A stretch of DNA of 64,000 bases from Octopus vulgaris (GCA_951406725.2 OX597816.1:176762001-176826000), one strand, 5' to 3'. Positions 1-12,026 are shown, counted from the first letter of the stretch. Notes: generated by a model not told the origin, from the sequence alone. Translations and numbers: made by a program.

Positions 1-824
1 ATCAAGTGTGTGATGGTTCGTTTTACCCATAAGTTTTTTCTACGGCAGACCTTCCCCAGTGCTTTACTTTTAATCATTCTTTCGAGTTATAATCTCGTAA
101 ATCGCTCGACACACACACACATGAAGAAAGATTTTTAAAAAAATAATGAAAAGAACAAGAATTCGCCGTAAACCAAAGAAGACGCAAAATTTTTTCACCG
201 ATCGCTCAACAAAACAATATGAAAACTTCCATATGAAATAAAATTACAGACTTCTCCTACATAGCATATCCTAAGGATATTGAGGAGAAAAAATGTAAAG
301 CTAAAGAAAGCTGGGAAATTGATGTTCCCGACATCATCATCATCATCGCCAGTAGGAACAGTGTTTATTTCAAATGGAGACGCTTTTTGCGGGAGATGAG
401 TTTCAGTTTCACAAATAAGGATTAATGAATGGACATGGCTAAGTTAAATGGTAAAAATAAGTTTTTCTCTCTCATAAAACAGTGCAAAACAAAGATAAAA
501 GCACAGGATTTTTTTCAGCGGATATTTTATCTAAGACGATGGTTACCTTAAAGGAAGGAATTTATCCATGAAAATATTTTTAATAACGACGAATACGAGC
601 TGCTAAGTGGGGTACCCTCTACGTAGATGGTCTCTCGCTCGACCTGAGCAAGTCACTCTCAAATTACACCCTTCAGTTTTAAAAAGACGGGATGGTCGTA
701 GCTGGAAGGCTTTTGAACATAGCCAAGCTCGATAAAGACCGCCTTGGCCCTAAGCACCAATACTATACAATTATGTGAAGAGTAACGTTTAACTATCAGC
801 GAACCGAATAAATAGTTTGGTTTA

Positions 825-1328
825 GATTCTTGGTTAGAACATATTGAGTTCACCAATATCGATTCTTGGTTAGAACAATTTGAGTTCGCCAATATCGATT
901 CTTGGTTAGAACATATTGAGTTCGCCAATATCGATTCTTGGTTAGAACATATTGAGTTCGCCAATATCGATTCTTGGTTAGAACATATTGAGTTCGCCAA
1001 TATCGATTCTTGGTTAGAACATATTGAGTTCGCCAATATCGATTCTTGGTTAGAACATATTGAGTTCGCCAATATCGATTCTTGGTTAGAACATATTGAG
1101 TTCGCCAATATCGATTCTTGGTTAGAACATATTGAGTTCGCCAATATCGATTCTTGGTTAGAACATATTGAGTTCGCCAATATCGATTCGTGGTTAGAAC
1201 ATATTGAGTTCGCCAATATCGATTCTTGGTTAGAACATATTGAGTTCGCCAATATCGATTCGTGGTTAGAACATATTGAGTTCGCCAATATCGATTCTTG
1301 GTTAGAACATATTGAGTTCGCCAATATC
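825..1328. repeat. Minisatellite, 14 x 36 bp (gattcttggttagaacatattgagttcgccaatatc)
   Basis: Directly visible near-identical tandem units; produces the 12-aa repeat ORF 659..1390(-). Confidence 0.97.
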
Positions 1329-1459
1329 ACTAATGATCTTTGAGAAAGTTTAATGTCGCCGTGCCTAAGTAGTTTTGGAATTTTCAACATTATTTTGAAT
1401 TTAAAAGTTGAAACTGAATGCTCAAAACCATTTCTTATTTTTCTTTTATAGGTGAAACC

Positions 1460-1571
1460 ATGTCAGATGAAACTGGTCAGGAAACTTTACAAACTGAAAG
1501 TTCGGAAGGATTACCAACTGTTGATACAGAGCAGAATGCTTCGCAGCAACACTCGAATGATTTAGATTCTG
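1460..1571 (+). CDS. TTLL3: Tubulin glycylase TTLL3/TTLL8-like, first coding exon (acceptor at 1451/1452, ATG 1460)
   Basis: Pyrimidine tract + ag, then gtgaaaccATG; open frame MSDETGQETLQTESSEGLPTVDTEQNASQQHSNDLDS-G, donor G|gtaaag (phase 1), matching the next exon's phase. No homology visible in this N-terminal part. Confidence 0.7.
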
Positions 1572-1929
1572 GTAAAGGCTCTTAACCCTTTTTTAATTTC
1601 ACGTTGTTAATATCAGAGCCTGTTCATAGACTTTTAGTTTTGTTTCTAAAATGAACAAAGTATTACTAATTGATTAACCTCAGGTTATCCACCTGATCGG
1701 GGTGACCCATGATCAGAACCACATTCATTCCTATGAAGTATGCCAAACGTAGTATGTCAAGGATTACACTCTACAATGTTCTCCAACTTTTTGAAGACTG
1801 CAGTGAGACTTGAGGTAGATTTGGTTGTTAATTCTAGCGGGCCGAGTGACTGTGGTGTAATTTCCCTGGTTCACTTAAAATATTGTTTATGGTGTCCCAT
1901 GTTTGAATCGATTTTTAGAAATAAAAGGT

Positions 1930-2290
1930 GCAGGCATGACTGATTAAAAAGCTCGCTTTGCAACCAAATGGTTTCTGGTTTAGTTCCACTGCGCGGCATC
2001 TTGAGTGTCATCAACCATAGTCCCGGGCCAATCAGTGCCCTGTGAATGAATTTGCTTGACGGAAACTATGTAGAAGCCCGTCATGTGTGTGTTCGCACGC
2101 GCACTCCACCTCCACTGCTTGACAACCGATGCTGGTTTGTTTACGTCTCCTTTTCGACAAAACAGACCGATAAAATAATTACCAGACTTAATAAGAGATA
2201 AGAATAGGGGGTCGATTTGTTCGACTAACCTCTTTAAAGTGGTCTCCCAGCATTGCTGCAGACTAGCGAGTGAAACAAGCAAAAAAATAG
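1930..2290 (+). mobile_element. tRNA-derived SINE family C, degenerate copy
   Basis: Similar to the copies at 19147, 54107 and 60178 (ggttcagtcccactgcgtggcatcttgggcaagtg...gactgaaacaag). Confidence 0.75.
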
Positions 2291-2927
2291 ATTGAAATGA
2301 AAAACACTTAGTAATATTTACTGGAAATTTTCAACTCTTGGATCACTAAAAGAAAATTATTAAAAAGTAATATAATTTTGGGAAATGTGTTCTATCAATG
2401 AACTTTGTGTTAAGTTTGAATAAGTTACTTTACAGCCAATCTATTTCCTGGGATGGAATTCTGGTCTAACCTTTCATAGCTTTTAGATTTTTTTTGAATT
2501 TTCAGAATTCTTTTGCGATTTTTTTTCTACAACAGGAATTCATATTATTGTCAAAAGAAAACATAAAAAAAAAAATTTTTCTAACTTCCTCTACCTCCAC
2601 AAATCCTAAAATGTTCCCTCTGTTTCGAATATTCTTTTGTTTTAATCAGTTTAAAATACTAACAGTCCAAATTTTTTTACTTAAATCCCTTAAATGAGTT
2701 TACGGGGATGAAAATATTGAAAAACATCAATATATGTCAGTTACAAAGAAGTGAAGAAGGTGTTAGATTGTTGTGAGATGTACTAAAAGAGTCGCTTAAT
2801 CGCACTTCAATCATCACACATGCAATTTTTTTCCCTAATCGAATGAATTTCTGTGTGTAGAACAAAAATTCGCAAAAATTTTCTGAAAATTCCAAAAAAT
2901 ATAAAGGTGCTTGAACCAGAATCCCAC

Positions 2928-3150
2928 TTTATGGATATTTGACTGTTGTTTCTAGTAGGATAGGTCAAGCAACTACATAGAAGCTCTCTCGGTGGCTCAT
3001 ATTCCACTGTTAGAAAACCTGGTTCATTGCACAAAGTCCTGATCCTGTCTTCTACCACAGTTTTCTAACAGTGGAATATGAGCCACTGAGAGAGCTTCTA
3101 TGTAGTTGCTTGACCTATCCTACTAGAAACAACAGTCAAATATCCATAAA
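2928..3150. repeat. 91-bp inverted repeat (2928-3018 / 3060-3150), 41-nt spacer
   Basis: Arms are reverse complements with one mismatch. Confidence 0.93.
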
Positions 3151-3581
3151 CTCACACCATTCAAGGATAGATTGAATGTTTTCATGGATTCTTAACATAT
3201 AGGATATTCACAGTTGGAAAGTCTTTCATTTTAACATCTGATCAATGAGAACTGATCTGAAGTGAAACAATGACAACAACAACAACAGTGAAATAAATTT
3301 TATGCTGTAAGAAAAAAAAAAATAAGAAAAGCTAATGCAGAATTTAACATAGCTTGACCCATCCCTTATGGGTTTGGTTGACATACACTGTCAAAGCCAG
3401 TTAAAGGTGTGTTTTTTGTCAGGGACATGACTGTGGTTGAGAAGCTTGCTTCCCAACCATATTGTTTCGGATCCAGTCTTACTGCATGGCACCTTGGGCA
3501 AGTGTCTTCTCTAGCCACCGGCCAACCAAAGCTCTGTAAATGGTGAATGGTAACTGAAAGAAATATATATATATATATATA

Positions 3582-3812
3582 TTTCTTTACTGCCCACAAG
3601 GGGCTAAACATAGAGGGGACAAACAAGGACAGACAAAGGGATTAAGCCGATTACATCAACCCCAGTGCGAAACTGGTACTTTATTTATCGACCTCGAAAG
3701 GATGAACAGCAAAGTCGACCTCGGCGGAATTTGAACTCAGAACGTTACGGCAGACGAAATACCGCAAAGCATTTCGCCCGGCGTGCTAACGTTTCTGCCA
3801 GCTCGCCGCCTT
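3582..3812 (-). mobile_element. SINE family B (Meta-domain-like gcctttcatcctttcggggtcgataaa)
   Basis: Reverse complement of the copies at 15452 and 39845. Confidence 0.85.
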
Positions 3813-3959
3813 ATATATATATATATATATATATAAGTGTGTGTGTGTGTGTGCATGTATATATGTGTGTGTATGCAATAAAACGAATGGTTTACACCTG
3901 GTAGCTTTCTGGTAAGGCATGGCCACTTTCGCAGTGATTGTTATGTATATGGCAAATGA

Positions 3960-5830
3960 AAGACGGAAGATGGAACATACAAGAGTTTATTATTAATCAC
4001 GACAATTGTTTCAACACATCTAGCATAGACTCCTCATGGGTGGGACACTCAACAATTGGTTCAGGAGCATCTGGTGGTGCAGATGTATCTCGTTGGGGGA
4101 TAAATTAATACAACTCATTAATTTAACTGTTCTGCAATGTAACTTTGCATTTTGTAGAAAGAAAAGCAGCCAGATGGAGGAAATACCTTCATTTATATAG
4201 ATCAAAAATAAAATCACAGATAGCAAAAAGAGAAATGAACACACAATCCAGGAAGAAAAGTATTAGAAATGACCATTAGCAAATGTATAAATGCCGTCGG
4301 GCAAGCTGCATGGCACAAGTACACTTGCTCATGCAAGCATCTGCACAAATGTGAGCTTATGCACACATGAGTTTTGGTGCACTCATGATCACAAAGCAAG
4401 TTAGCTATCGATCTGGTGTTTATAAGAATGTTGAGGTTAAAAGTAAAGTTAAGTCATCCATACCTTAAAGTAAATGAAATTATATTGACGGTTACTCAAA
4501 ATTCATTCCCACTGCATTGTGCGAAAGTACATTTATATGCGTTTAGGCCTCTCGAGAGTCGTTCAGAAATTCTATTAATGATCTTCTCGTTAGTCCACAG
4601 AATAGAAAGGGATTCTTCGGAGCAGAGACAGCATCTTCTGGAGATTATATTGTATGGTTTCGTGTACCTTACAATGGACCAATTTATGCTGTGCTTCAGT
4701 TTATCCTCCTTCAGTCACCATACAAAATCTGCCAAAGATGTTGAATGTCTTTTATTGATTGTTTTAAAGCTGGCAACATGGTTACGGTAACGTTCCTTAA
4801 AAGAATCAGCCATCTGCCCAATGTAAATATATGATCCTCCCCTTGTGTGCACGGTACATTTATATACAAAATTTGTACTCCTACAGAAATTCATCAAAGG
4901 ATATTTTGATTTTTCTCTGCATGAGCATTTATTGTATTTATTTGTATATGGCACGTAAAAAAGCACCATCCGAGCATGGCCGTTCGCCAGCCTCGTCTGG
5001 CACCTGTGTCGGTGGCACATAAAAAGCACCCACTACACTCACGGAGTGGTTGGCATTAGTAAGGGCATCCGGCTGTAGAAACACTGCCAGATCAGACTGG
5101 GCCTGGTGCAGCCTTCGGGCTTCCCAGACCCCAGTTGAACCGTCCAATCCGTGCTAGCATGGAAAGCGGACGTTAAATGATGATGATGATGATGTATATA
5201 AGGCAGTCCTGACTCTATTTATCAGTGTTTTATCATGTTAGCTGTATCATAAGTATTTCTACTTCTACAAATTGATCATAATTGGTGTTTATCATTGCAG
5301 TTTACACCCCCTTGATTGGTATTTAGATGCAAATGTTTGCTAGATCCAGTAAGTGGGTTATTGAATCTTTTCTGCATTTTGCTATTATTTATGCGATGCA
5401 TAAGCTGCTCTGGCATAGGATACCTTCGCAGTGTGTTGATTAAAAATAGCATGATAACTGATTAGATTTAGGAAATCGCTTGGCCAAAGCAGCAAAAGAT
5501 TTTCCAGTGATCTTGGTTGAAACATGCAAACTGAAAATCAGGTTGAAGCAGGGGACATCCTGAATCCTGTATCTGTTGTTAGGCTTATTTGATCGAATGT
5601 GTTGTACAGGATTGGAACAAGCAGTTGGATTATTCTGTTGTGTGTATCTATAAGTTTTTGTTGGGAGCTCATTGATATGACCAATTCTTCCTGGCCTGTG
5701 TTCTTTATCTGAGTTGGTTCTCAAACTGTGACATACCTGGTAATTCCCAGGAAAGCAGGGCTTATCCCTTGGTTCCATTCTCATAATTGTTTTGCTAATT
5801 GAGTAACAGCAATACAAAGTATGCAGCCCT
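3960..5830 (-). mobile_element. Decayed Penelope-like retroelement 3' part (RT C-terminus/linker, GIY-YIG endonuclease, 3' pseudo-LTR)
   Basis: CSCREKSKYPLMNFCRSTNFVYKCTV..IYIGQMADSFKERYRNHVASF..STSLADFVW (GIY-YIG of PLEs) and FNLIFSLHVSTKITGKSFAALAKRFPKSN (PLE WFNPPFS linker); split by an RTE 3'-end copy at 4948-5194. Confidence 0.82.
4948..5194 (+). mobile_element. Truncated RTE LINE 3'-UTR copy with (GAT)n tail
   Basis: aaagcacccactacactc..ggaagggcatcc..gcatggaaagcggacgttaaatgatgatg; same sequence as the 3' UTR of the RTEs at 7775-8712 and 39633-43440. Other copies at about 8935(-), 17258(-), 21195(+), 32085(+), 33410(+), 39040(+), 43635(-), 48530(+), 52325(+), 61730(-). Confidence 0.85.
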
Positions 5831-6164
5831 TAAAACAGTTTTTGTGCATTTACAGAGAATACCAAACTGTCTTACATAGGATTTTGTTTTTTGGAATTCC
5901 CAATAAGTTATGAATACCCAAATTGTGAAGTCAGTTATGTAATAACGTGAAATTAGTTACCTGATAGTAAGAATTCAAATAAAGTTACCCTGAAAAGAGC
6001 TTTCATACATTTCCAGAGTATATAGAACCTAGGAGGAAATACTAGTAAGGTATGTATACTAAAATCATGAAGCATGTTACATAATAACAGGCTAATTGGA
6101 TATGCGATAGTAACAATTCAAAGTAAATAACTCTGAAAAAGCTTTTGTGCATTCACAGAGAATA

Positions 6165-6700
6165 TTACCCTCTTCTCTCTTTCCCTCCTCTCTTCCCGCT
6201 TACTCTCTTTCTCTCTTCTCTCTTACTCCCTTTCTCTCTCCTCCCTTATTCTCTTTCTCTCTTCTCTCCTACTCTTTCACCCTCTCTTACCCTCTCTCTC
6301 TTCTCTCTTACTCTCTTTCTCTCTTCTCTCCTCCTCTCTCTCCTCACTTACCCACCTTCCCCTCCCCCATAAACCCACCCCCCACTCCACCTTCCCTATC
6401 CTTCCCCCACCCTATCCCCCCACATACCTCACCTCTAACCCCACCCTCTGCCTACCCACAACCCCCACTCTACCCTAACCCCCAGCCGAACTCACACCCC
6501 ACCTGTGCTTTCCCCAGTTTCGGTCCCTCACCTCCCCACAACATCACACCACACTACACTACACCATACAACATTACACATCACAACACACCACCCACAC
6601 ACCCATCCCCACATCTTCACACCTACACATACATACACACACACGTCCAGACCACCAGCCCTCTTTCACACGCACATACATACTCTCTTATACACACACG
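6165..6700. repeat. CT-rich, then C/CA-rich low-complexity tract
   Basis: (CT)-rich, poly-C and (CA)-rich runs; explains spurious ORFs 6145-6792. Confidence 0.9.
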
Positions 6701-7422
6701 CACCTTTGTGTTGGGTGCTCCTTTGTGTTGGAGGTCATCTTGACCTTGTTATCTCCCCTACTTTCTCCCTCCTGTCTGACCATTTTGTCTGAGTCAGATG
6801 CCATGATAGATCGTTAGCCACTACACACATTTTTTCTCTCCTTGTTTTTTCTGTGTCCCTTTCTGTAGAAGAGCGTATGCTCGAAACGTAAAAGAATTTT
6901 TCTATTCCTGAGCGCTATACTAATACATCTGTTTGTTTGTACACCACCTGCCTTCGTCTTTTGTTTATTTTCATAAACTTTCCCTTTATATATATATATA
7001 TATATATGTATATCAGAGTAAGCACAAAAAATGTGAACCAAGGTGGAAAAAATAGTACTCGAATACCAGAGGTAGAGTAATATGCTTTATTAATAAAGCT
7101 GCAAAGACATCGCAAAACTATTACTCAGAGGTTCATGTTCCTGTTCGTTGGACAGTTTTGGTTGAGAAACTGTCTGACCAACAGGAACGTGAAACTCCGA
7201 GTAATAGTTTTTGTGATGTTTTTGCTGCTGCTCATATATACATATTTATACTTTCACTACAGTGAGAGGTTGTTGTTAAGAGACAAATACAGTGAGAAAG
7301 GAGGTGAGTGTGCGTGCGAAATATAGAGATGTCTCATTACTAATTAGCAAGCTTTGCTTGAAAGCAGGATTAAGAGATACAAGATACAGAGTACTTGTAT
7401 CTACAGTATATTTGTTCCTTAA

Positions 7423-7639
7423 CCCTTTCGATACCAACCCACCTGAAACCACTTCTGGCTCTGTAGTACAAAAATGTCTTGTTTTCAAAAGTTCTGAATT
7501 AAAATCTTCCACCAAACCTTAGTCACAATTTATGTTCTTAACACTAGCGTAATGATAACTAAGTTATTTTGTTATATTTAAAATCAATTGAAAGAAACAC
7601 AAATAATATGGTTACAAGAATAATATGGTTACAAAAGAG
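7423..7639. mobile_element. TTAA-flanked MITE (piggyBac-like ends)
   Basis: ttaa|ccctttcgatacc ... ggttacaaaagag|ttaa. Confidence 0.7.
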
Positions 7640-7774
7640 TTAAGCTGGTGTTTGGAACGTAAATTAATGTGAAATTGTGGTGGAAGGTTTTAATTTACAG
7701 GGTGGGTGAAAGGTAAGTAGGCATTAAAATCTGATAATAAAATCCATATTCCTTTTACAAATTTATTGAAATAA

Positions 7775-8712
7775 ATGATGAGGACATGCGTAAGCTCGCA
7801 AGAAATGAAGCCAGTATGCTCCGATGGATGTGTAATGTCAGTGTGCATACTCGACAGAGTGTAAGTACCTTGAGAGAAAAGGTTGGACCTAAGAAGCATC
7901 AGATGTGGTGTGCAAGAGAGACGACTGTGCTGGTATGGTCATGTGGCGAGAATGGATGAGGATAGCTATGTGAAAAAGTGCCACACCCTAGTTGTTGAGG
8001 GAACCTGTGGAAGAGGTTGACCTAGGATGAGGTGGTGAAGCATGACTTTTGAACATTAGGCCTCACCGAGGCAATGACTAGTGACCAGGACCTTTGGAAA
8101 TATGCTGTGCTTGAGAAGACCCGGCAAGCCAAGTGAGACCATAATCTTTTTGGCCTATGCCAGGAATGTAACCAGCTCACTTTTGCATATCTTTCCTTCA
8201 TTAGACACTAAACTCTGCTTGCGAAGACCTGTTGAGGCAAGTGAAATCAAAATCAAATTCGATGACTGGCATCTGTGCTAGCGGGGCGCTAAGAGCACTA
8301 TCCAAGCGTGATTGTTGCCAGAGCAGCAAACTGGCTTCCGTACCGGTGGTGCGTAAAAAGCACCATTCAAGCGTGATCGTTACCAGTGTCACCTTCCTGG
8401 CTCTTGTGCTGGTGGCATGTGAAAAAAACATTCATGCAAGGTCATTGCCTGTGCCGCTGGACTGGCTCCTATGCAGGTGGCACGTAAAAAACACCATTTC
8501 GAACGTGGCCATTGCCAGTACTGCCTGACTGGTCCTCATAAGCACCCACTACACTCTCGGAGTGGTTGGCATTAGGAAGGGCATCCAGCTGTAGAAAGTC
8601 TCCAAATCAGATTGGAGCCTGGTGTAGCCATCTGGTTCACCAGTCCTCAGTCAAATCGTCCAACCCATGCCAGGATGGAAAGCGGACGTTAAACGATGAT
8701 GACGATGATGAT
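7775..8712 (+). mobile_element. 5'-truncated RTE LINE (ORF C-terminus + long 3' UTR)
   Basis: EDMRKLARNEASMLRWMCNVS..WYGHVARMDED matches ORF 40416..40922; ends in a (GAT)n tail. Confidence 0.9.
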
Positions 8713-10365
8713 GCATGTTCTTTATTACATTGGAAAATGACAGTAAATTGCATGCTTACCTTTCTATGCATACCACATCTCTGAACCAAAACCATGGAAT
8801 TCCTCACTTCATAAAGTGCTGCTACCTTAGTTCACTCCTGAACAGTTAAGTGACCAGTTGATCTAGAAAACAAGAAATAAGACTAAGAACTCCCCATTAG
8901 TGTTGTCTGTTTAAAAAATATTTCCATTATGACGTCATCATAATCATTATCATCATTTAACGTCTGCTTTCCATGCTAGCATGGGTTGGACAATTTGACT
9001 GAGGACTGGCGAACCAGATGGCTGCGCCAAGCTCCAATCTGATCTGGCAGAGTTTCTACAGCTGGATGCCCTTCCTAACGCCAACCACTCCGAGAGTGTA
9101 GTGGGTGCTTTACGTGCCACCAGCATGAGGGCCAGTCTGGCGGTACTAGCAACGGCCATGCTCGAAATGGTGTTTTTTACGTGCCACCTGCACAGGAGTC
9201 AGTCCTGCGGCACAGGAGTCAGTCCTGCGGCACTGGCAATGACCTCGCTTGAATGTTTTGTTCAAGTGCCACCAGCACAAGTGCCAGTAAGGCGACGCTA
9301 ATACTAAAAATTCTGTAAACAATTTCTAATGTCTAGTTACTTTCCAGTCACCCTGTAGATCACTTTAAATAGGAAGTTTGTATTGTAGAAGTAGATGCAG
9401 TCTCTGTTGGGTTTGTGTCAGAACAATTAATCATTATTAGGGTCGCTTTGCTTTTCATCTCTATGGAATCAGTTGATATTAAAGATCAGAAGCATAAAGT
9501 ATTCTAGATTGCAATATTGTGTGCCAAGTGAATCAAAATGTTGAAAGTGAAAAATGTGTTTGAAATGACAGTGGTGCAATTAGCTTCATGCCAAGAAGAA
9601 AAAGTCCTCGAAATGTTATTACAAGAAGTTGCTGAATATTGTAGTGACGTCATATTCCAGTGTGCGCACACGCAACGTCATTCTTCAGTGTGCGTGTGCG
9701 GGGTTGGAACCTTCTGGAAAGGCATAAGGAAGTTCCCTCATGCACATGCGCTAGAGACTGAAGAATAAATTCTATAGCATTCCTTAATAGCGTCGGGGAC
9801 TTGAGACACAACGATAGAAGAGAAAGGACGTATTTTTAAACGTGTGATCAACCTATTCTCCTGTCCCAGACGCTTAGGATTTCACCTGTTCTATTGCTGC
9901 TGAATTGTTGTAAGAAGCTTACAAACGTTAGAATTCAGCCTTGCTGTGTTGAACTAGGTGGATACCAGTATACCATCGTGTTTCATTGTTGAACCAAGAG
10001 AATAAAGAATTGTATATATTTTTAAACTTGTGTTTCGTTCCTGACTGGTAGTTTCTAGAAACAAAAAGAAAGGAAATTGTGTTGCACCCAAGTTGCACCC
10101 CAAAAGTGTAAAGAAGCAACCAGTTCCCTTTACAATATAAAAAATATATAGGAAGTAGAGTATCTACTCCAAGTAGACCCCAAAAAGAGACCAACTTTTG
10201 AAATAGACATTGAAAATGACCTTTAAGAATATGAAGGCACAGAAAGCTGCCAAACCATCAGATATAGTTGCTGAGATGCTGAGAACATCCAGCAAAGGAA
10301 AGCTCATTTTTCATTTGCTGTTGACTGAATTAAATATTTGTTCTATTAATTGTATTAAAAAGAAA

Positions 10366-10758
10366 GTGGAGGCGCAATGGCCCAGTGGTTAGGGCAGCGG
10401 ACTCGCGGTCATAGGATCGCGGTTTCGATTCCCAGACCAGGCGTTGTGAGTGTTTATTGAGCGAAAACACCTAAAAGCTCCACGAGGCTCCAGCAGGGGA
10501 TGGTGGTGATCCCTGCTGTACTCTTTCACCACAACTTTCTCTCACTCCACTCTTACTTCCTGTTTCTGTTGTACCTGTACTTCAAAGGGCCGGCCTTGTC
10601 ACTCTCTGTGTCACGCTGAATATCCCCGAGAACTACGTTAAGGGTGCACGTGTCTGTGGAGTGCTCAGCCACTTATACGTTAATTTCACAAGCAGGCTGT
10701 TCCGTTGGTCGGATCAATCGGAACCCTCATCGTCGTAACCGACGGAGTGCTTCCATCC
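10366..10758 (+). mobile_element. tRNA-derived SINE family A, 12-bp TSD attaaaaagaaa
   Basis: A-box tggcccagtgg, B-box ggtttcgattccc; near-identical copies at 21727 and 61237. Confidence 0.92.
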
Positions 10759-11306
10759 ATTAAAAAGAAATTTATGGATTAGTCATAGGTAAGAAAAGCA
10801 AGCCCATGACTCTTTTCAGTGTGTCTGAGACTGGTGGATGGATGGAAGGGAGGAAGTTATTCTTAGATTGTAAACCTGGCCTGAATACTTTCATCAACCA
10901 GATGGTTGCGTTAAATAAATCAAGAGATTAAGTAAACCACTCAAGATTTTTGGTGTATGTATGAATGCTTGTGTGATAACATGCATATCTGTTAGTCTGT
11001 TGCTTATATTGTATGTGTACATTAATGTATTTTGAAGTATATGACTGTCTGTTGTGGAGGTGTATATGTATATACACAATTATATTCATATGCTAATTAT
11101 ATTTAAGTTAATGTTGTACAATCTTGCTAATGTTATAAATATATTTGTGGCATTAATTCCTATTGCTATTTCTAATCTTTGTATTAAATATTCATCTACT
11201 CAAACCCTTGACATGATATCAATTTCCAGTAGTAAAATATGATGATGAGGCTTTTTCTTATTTTGCTCCAAATATTGGAATGCTTTTCAAACATAATGGT
11301 AGATTT

Positions 11307-11337
<31 letters not shown>

Positions 11338-12026
11338 CAAAAAGGGAACAAATATAAAGAATTTGGAAAGGACAGTGGTTATCTTTGAGGTGTATTGCTT
11401 GAGGGTAATAGGAAGCGCAAATGGCTTTGTTGTTTGAAACAACTAGAGATGCTCTTGTACTTGACACATGGTGAATCTAATGGAATAGAGAAGGATTTTG
11501 GAAGAGATTTGTTGTGTGTGGAGAGAGAGAGAGAGAGTTAGGTGCAAAGTGGACAGCAAATTTGGTGGGATTTTCTACAAGAACCCTGTTTATAGAACCA
11601 TAATTTTGAGGAGTTGAGAGAAGGATTTGACAGAATTGGTAAAGACCATTTTTGATAAGAAATTGGAAGGACTGACTGCATAGAGCTGGGTAATTTTCTT
11701 CAAGTGGTTGATTTTATTCTTGCTTGAACTCCTATTATTCATCTGAGTGAACCACTTGGAAGGTTTGGAGCTTTGAGTTGTGGTATGTGAGATGTGAAAA
11801 GACATTCCTAAAAGGATAGTTTCAGGTGGTGAAGGTTGGATCACATACTGCAGAGATAACAGAGTTTGGGCATAATTCCAATTAGCCAGCTGATTTGAAG
11901 AGTCATAGGGTTGGGAATGTATTGTATATGAGTGTGTGGTGGATCACTGAGATAAGCCAGTTGTTGAACAACTGATGCAGAAATAGTGATGAATTTTGGA
12001 AGTGAGAAAAAATCAAGGATGCTTGG

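Noticed and set aside
530-560. RFX X-box upstream of a ciliary gene
   Set aside because: Only a half-site (ggttacc) is present, which is not enough support.
825-1328. CRISPR array (36-bp unit with internal hairpin)
   Set aside because: Units are directly adjacent with no unique spacers, there are no cas genes, and the context is eukaryotic.
659-1390. 243-aa repeat protein on the minus strand
   Set aside because: The frame is open only because a stop-free 36-bp unit is repeated; the start is not ATG and no homology is recognisable.
5815-6165. Degenerate ~145-bp triplication
   Set aside because: It is visible but highly diverged, with no functional signal.
6145-6792. Pro/Ser/His-rich ORFs (also 15821-16497, 35334-35839, 59243-59624)
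   Set aside because: They are translations of low-complexity, microsatellite or tandem-repeat DNA.
10366-10440. Functional tRNA genes (also 21727, 61237)
   Set aside because: The tRNA-like heads continue into a shared SINE body flanked by TSDs.
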